From assembly GCA_043228905.1 (NCBI GenBank), contig JBHGNT010000018.1, positions 4,712,001 to 4,776,000 on the forward strand: a DNA stretch of 64,000 nucleotides, written 5' to 3'. This document shows, piece by piece, positions 61,712-64,000 of the stretch. The stretch is from Azolla caroliniana (Eukaryota > Plantae > Polypodiophyta). The notes under the pieces are model-generated. The model was given only the letters and a program-made list of their open reading frames with translations, made no database searches and was not told the origin of the DNA. The number at the start of each line of letters is the position of its first letter. Within the stretch, counting starts at the first letter, position 1. The position numbers and the translations under genes are program-made.

Positions 61712-64000
61712 CTACACCAACTTTTTGACTATGATAGGAGCACCAAACTTAGGCCTTATGGTAACCATCAACTCTGGAGCATGTTTGTAGGATGGAGATG
61801 GAATGAATGAGAACTTCAAAAGGAGAGTCGCAAGCACAAGCTTTGCCTCCATCAATGCAAATGTCTGACCGATGCAATTACGTGGCCCATGAGCAAAAGG
61901 TAAAAAAGCCATGGGATGCTTCGCCGCTTTGCTAATGCCACTCGAGAATCTTGCAGGGTTGAAATCATAAACTGTCTCACCCCATAACTCTGGGTCCAAG
62001 TGTATGGCTACAATAGGAATTAAAACGGACATGCCCCTTGGTACAAATAAGTCTCCCAACTTCAAATCACACAAAGCCACCCTAATCACAGAGTTTGCCG
62101 GTGAGAACAACCTCAATGTCTCATACAATATCATTTCCACCTACAAAACATAAATTATTAGATTGTGCATATTAGATAAAAAATAAATCTTCTCAATGAA
62201 ATCAACAAGCACAAATGTACATACATGATTCGTGCTCCATTGACTTTAGCATTGATAAAAGAACATGATGATAAACCTTGTACATCATGCGATCAAATGC
62301 TAGGTGGGACGAAATGCTCGACAATATTTTCAAACTTTACATCACCATTATATTCCTTTTATGGTGCACAATAAATATGTACAAACAAACTAAGAGGAAT
62401 GATATTTAAGCCTTAAATGGTCGACAAAAAAAACTTTCCTAAACGTGGCTACAAGTCAAAATGCCCCATAGAGAAAAAAGATGGAGAAGTACTTGTAAAT
62501 GTGTAATGTTATTATGAATCCCTCAAGGAGACACTATTGTTTTTTACTATGCACATAGGTGTACAAAAAGAATGAGGTAATATGTTTAAAGCCCTTAATT
62601 TGTAGACAAAGAGGTAAAAGACATTGATTGAAATCATATCTAAGACCTTGATCGACAAGAATCTTACTGTCTTCATCTTCGAAGCCGAATCGAAATCCGG
62701 GAGCTTTGCCTCACACATGTCAACAACTTCCAACCGAGCTTTCTCTTGCCAACGTGTATTGTGGGCAAGTAGTAGCAATGCCCATGTCAAGAGCAATGCC
62801 GTGGTCTCATGACCCGCAAAGAAGAAGGTTTTGCATTCATCCACGATTTGTTGAACACTAAAATTCTCGCCCTCACTTAACATTAAACCCAACAAGTCAA
62901 CTCCATATGGTGATGACATATTTCCACCTAGTTTGGCTCGAGCTATTGCTTTCCGTTCCTCGACAATCTCTCGGATTGACGTCTCTACAACCCTTTTGAG
63001 ACTTCGTAGCTTCATAAAGATAGGGAGTGGTACATAACTGTAGTTCAAGCAAAATATAGATTGAATGACTACCATGGATAAGCACTAGCTACTTTGTCTT
63101 AGGTCAAGCAATAGGAAAGTATCACTTAGCATCGATGCCTAGCCTCAAATGTTTTAACATCATTTTGTATAAGCAGAGACTAGTATTATATAGCCTTACC
63201 TCATCCCAGGGATAGTCAATAGGTGCCCATGTTTGAAGACAAATTCCTTGAGCTCCTCGAGGTATTGGAACACCTTCCTCCCTCTCTCGTAGCTACTCCC
63301 GAACTGCGTGTGCGCAATAATGTCGGCCGTAAGAGCAACCATGCTCTTCTCAATATCAATCTCGAATTGTCCGTTGTGACTCTTGATTCCTTGACACCAT
63401 TCTTCCACCATAGCCATTGTGAGACCAACCATAACTTGAGAAAAATCCTACACAATAAGCACGAGCATGATTCACAAGGTGTACATTGAATACATCGTGG
63501 ATGGATCCATCCCTCGAGAGACGGGGGGGCCATGGCCAATCAAATGGTCATCCACATGGAGCTCAAACAATTTTGAACCAACCCCCTACCCCCCCCTGCC
63601 CCCCATGGGGCATTGTGAGGAAAAGAATGAAAACTTAGGAGTAAGACCTTTGTTTCTAAACAATAATTTAAAATAATCGCAGGTACCTTGAGCCTTAGGG
63701 AGTGGAAGGCAGGGGCAACAATTTTCCTCTGGTGTGCCCAAGTGTCACCATTGGCTAGGATGAGGCCACTAAGGCCCGTGATGGGCTCGAGGAAGCGTTG
63801 GAGCAATGGAGACTTCCCCATGGCCGATGGAGAGAGGAAATTGTTGTCATTGTACTCATTGCTCTTATTGTGTTTGTTTGTGTTGTTGGCATTGGCATTG
63901 GCATTGTCACTCTTAAGCATGGTAGTCGAAGACGACATGAGTAGTGTGTCCTTCACAACCTTCATGTCAGTAGTGACTACGTGCGGATCGGGACCAATCC
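61712..64000 (-). CDS. Cytochrome P450, CYP72 clan (closest by eye to CYP735/CYP715/CYP714), 5'-partial; exons >64000-63687, 63447-63200, 63037-62668, 62140-61712
   Basis: C-helix WAHQR, I-helix DECKTFFFAGHETT, K-helix ETLR, PARF and heme motif FAHGPRNCIG. GT-AG introns give a continuous frame and are consistent with the usual 5-exon CYP72-clan layout. Confidence 0.93.

Overview
Eukaryotic plant nuclear DNA. A fern or other non-seed land plant is inferred from the TE lineages; the species cannot be determined from the sequence. Two intact-looking host genes flank the window, both on the minus strand: a 4-exon ICK/KRP cyclin-dependent kinase inhibitor (978-3547) and the 3' part of a CYP72-clan cytochrome P450 (61712 to beyond 64000). 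Between them is a ~51 kb nest of degenerate transposons (about 9.5-60.3 kb): several Ty1/Copia elements, three copies of a chromodomain-bearing Ty3/Gypsy family (Tcn1/Tf1-like), two Gypsy elements with tRNA-Trp primer sites, an Athila-like Gypsy with a ~1,000-codon extra ORF, solo LTRs, a LINE remnant and a fold-back MITE. Three observations stand out. (1) A non-autonomous DNA transposon with CCCGGGGG termini and an 8-bp TSD, split by an inversion, carries captured RACK1 and intron-containing nucleobase-ascorbate transporter fragments. (2) Five LTRs from at least three sequence families carry a tRNA-like A-box/B-box module just inside the terminus. (3) The chromovirus copies have no tRNA PBS and instead show a Tf1-style self-priming duplex with covariation between copies. 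All alignments were done by eye, so boundaries without a TSD are approximate.
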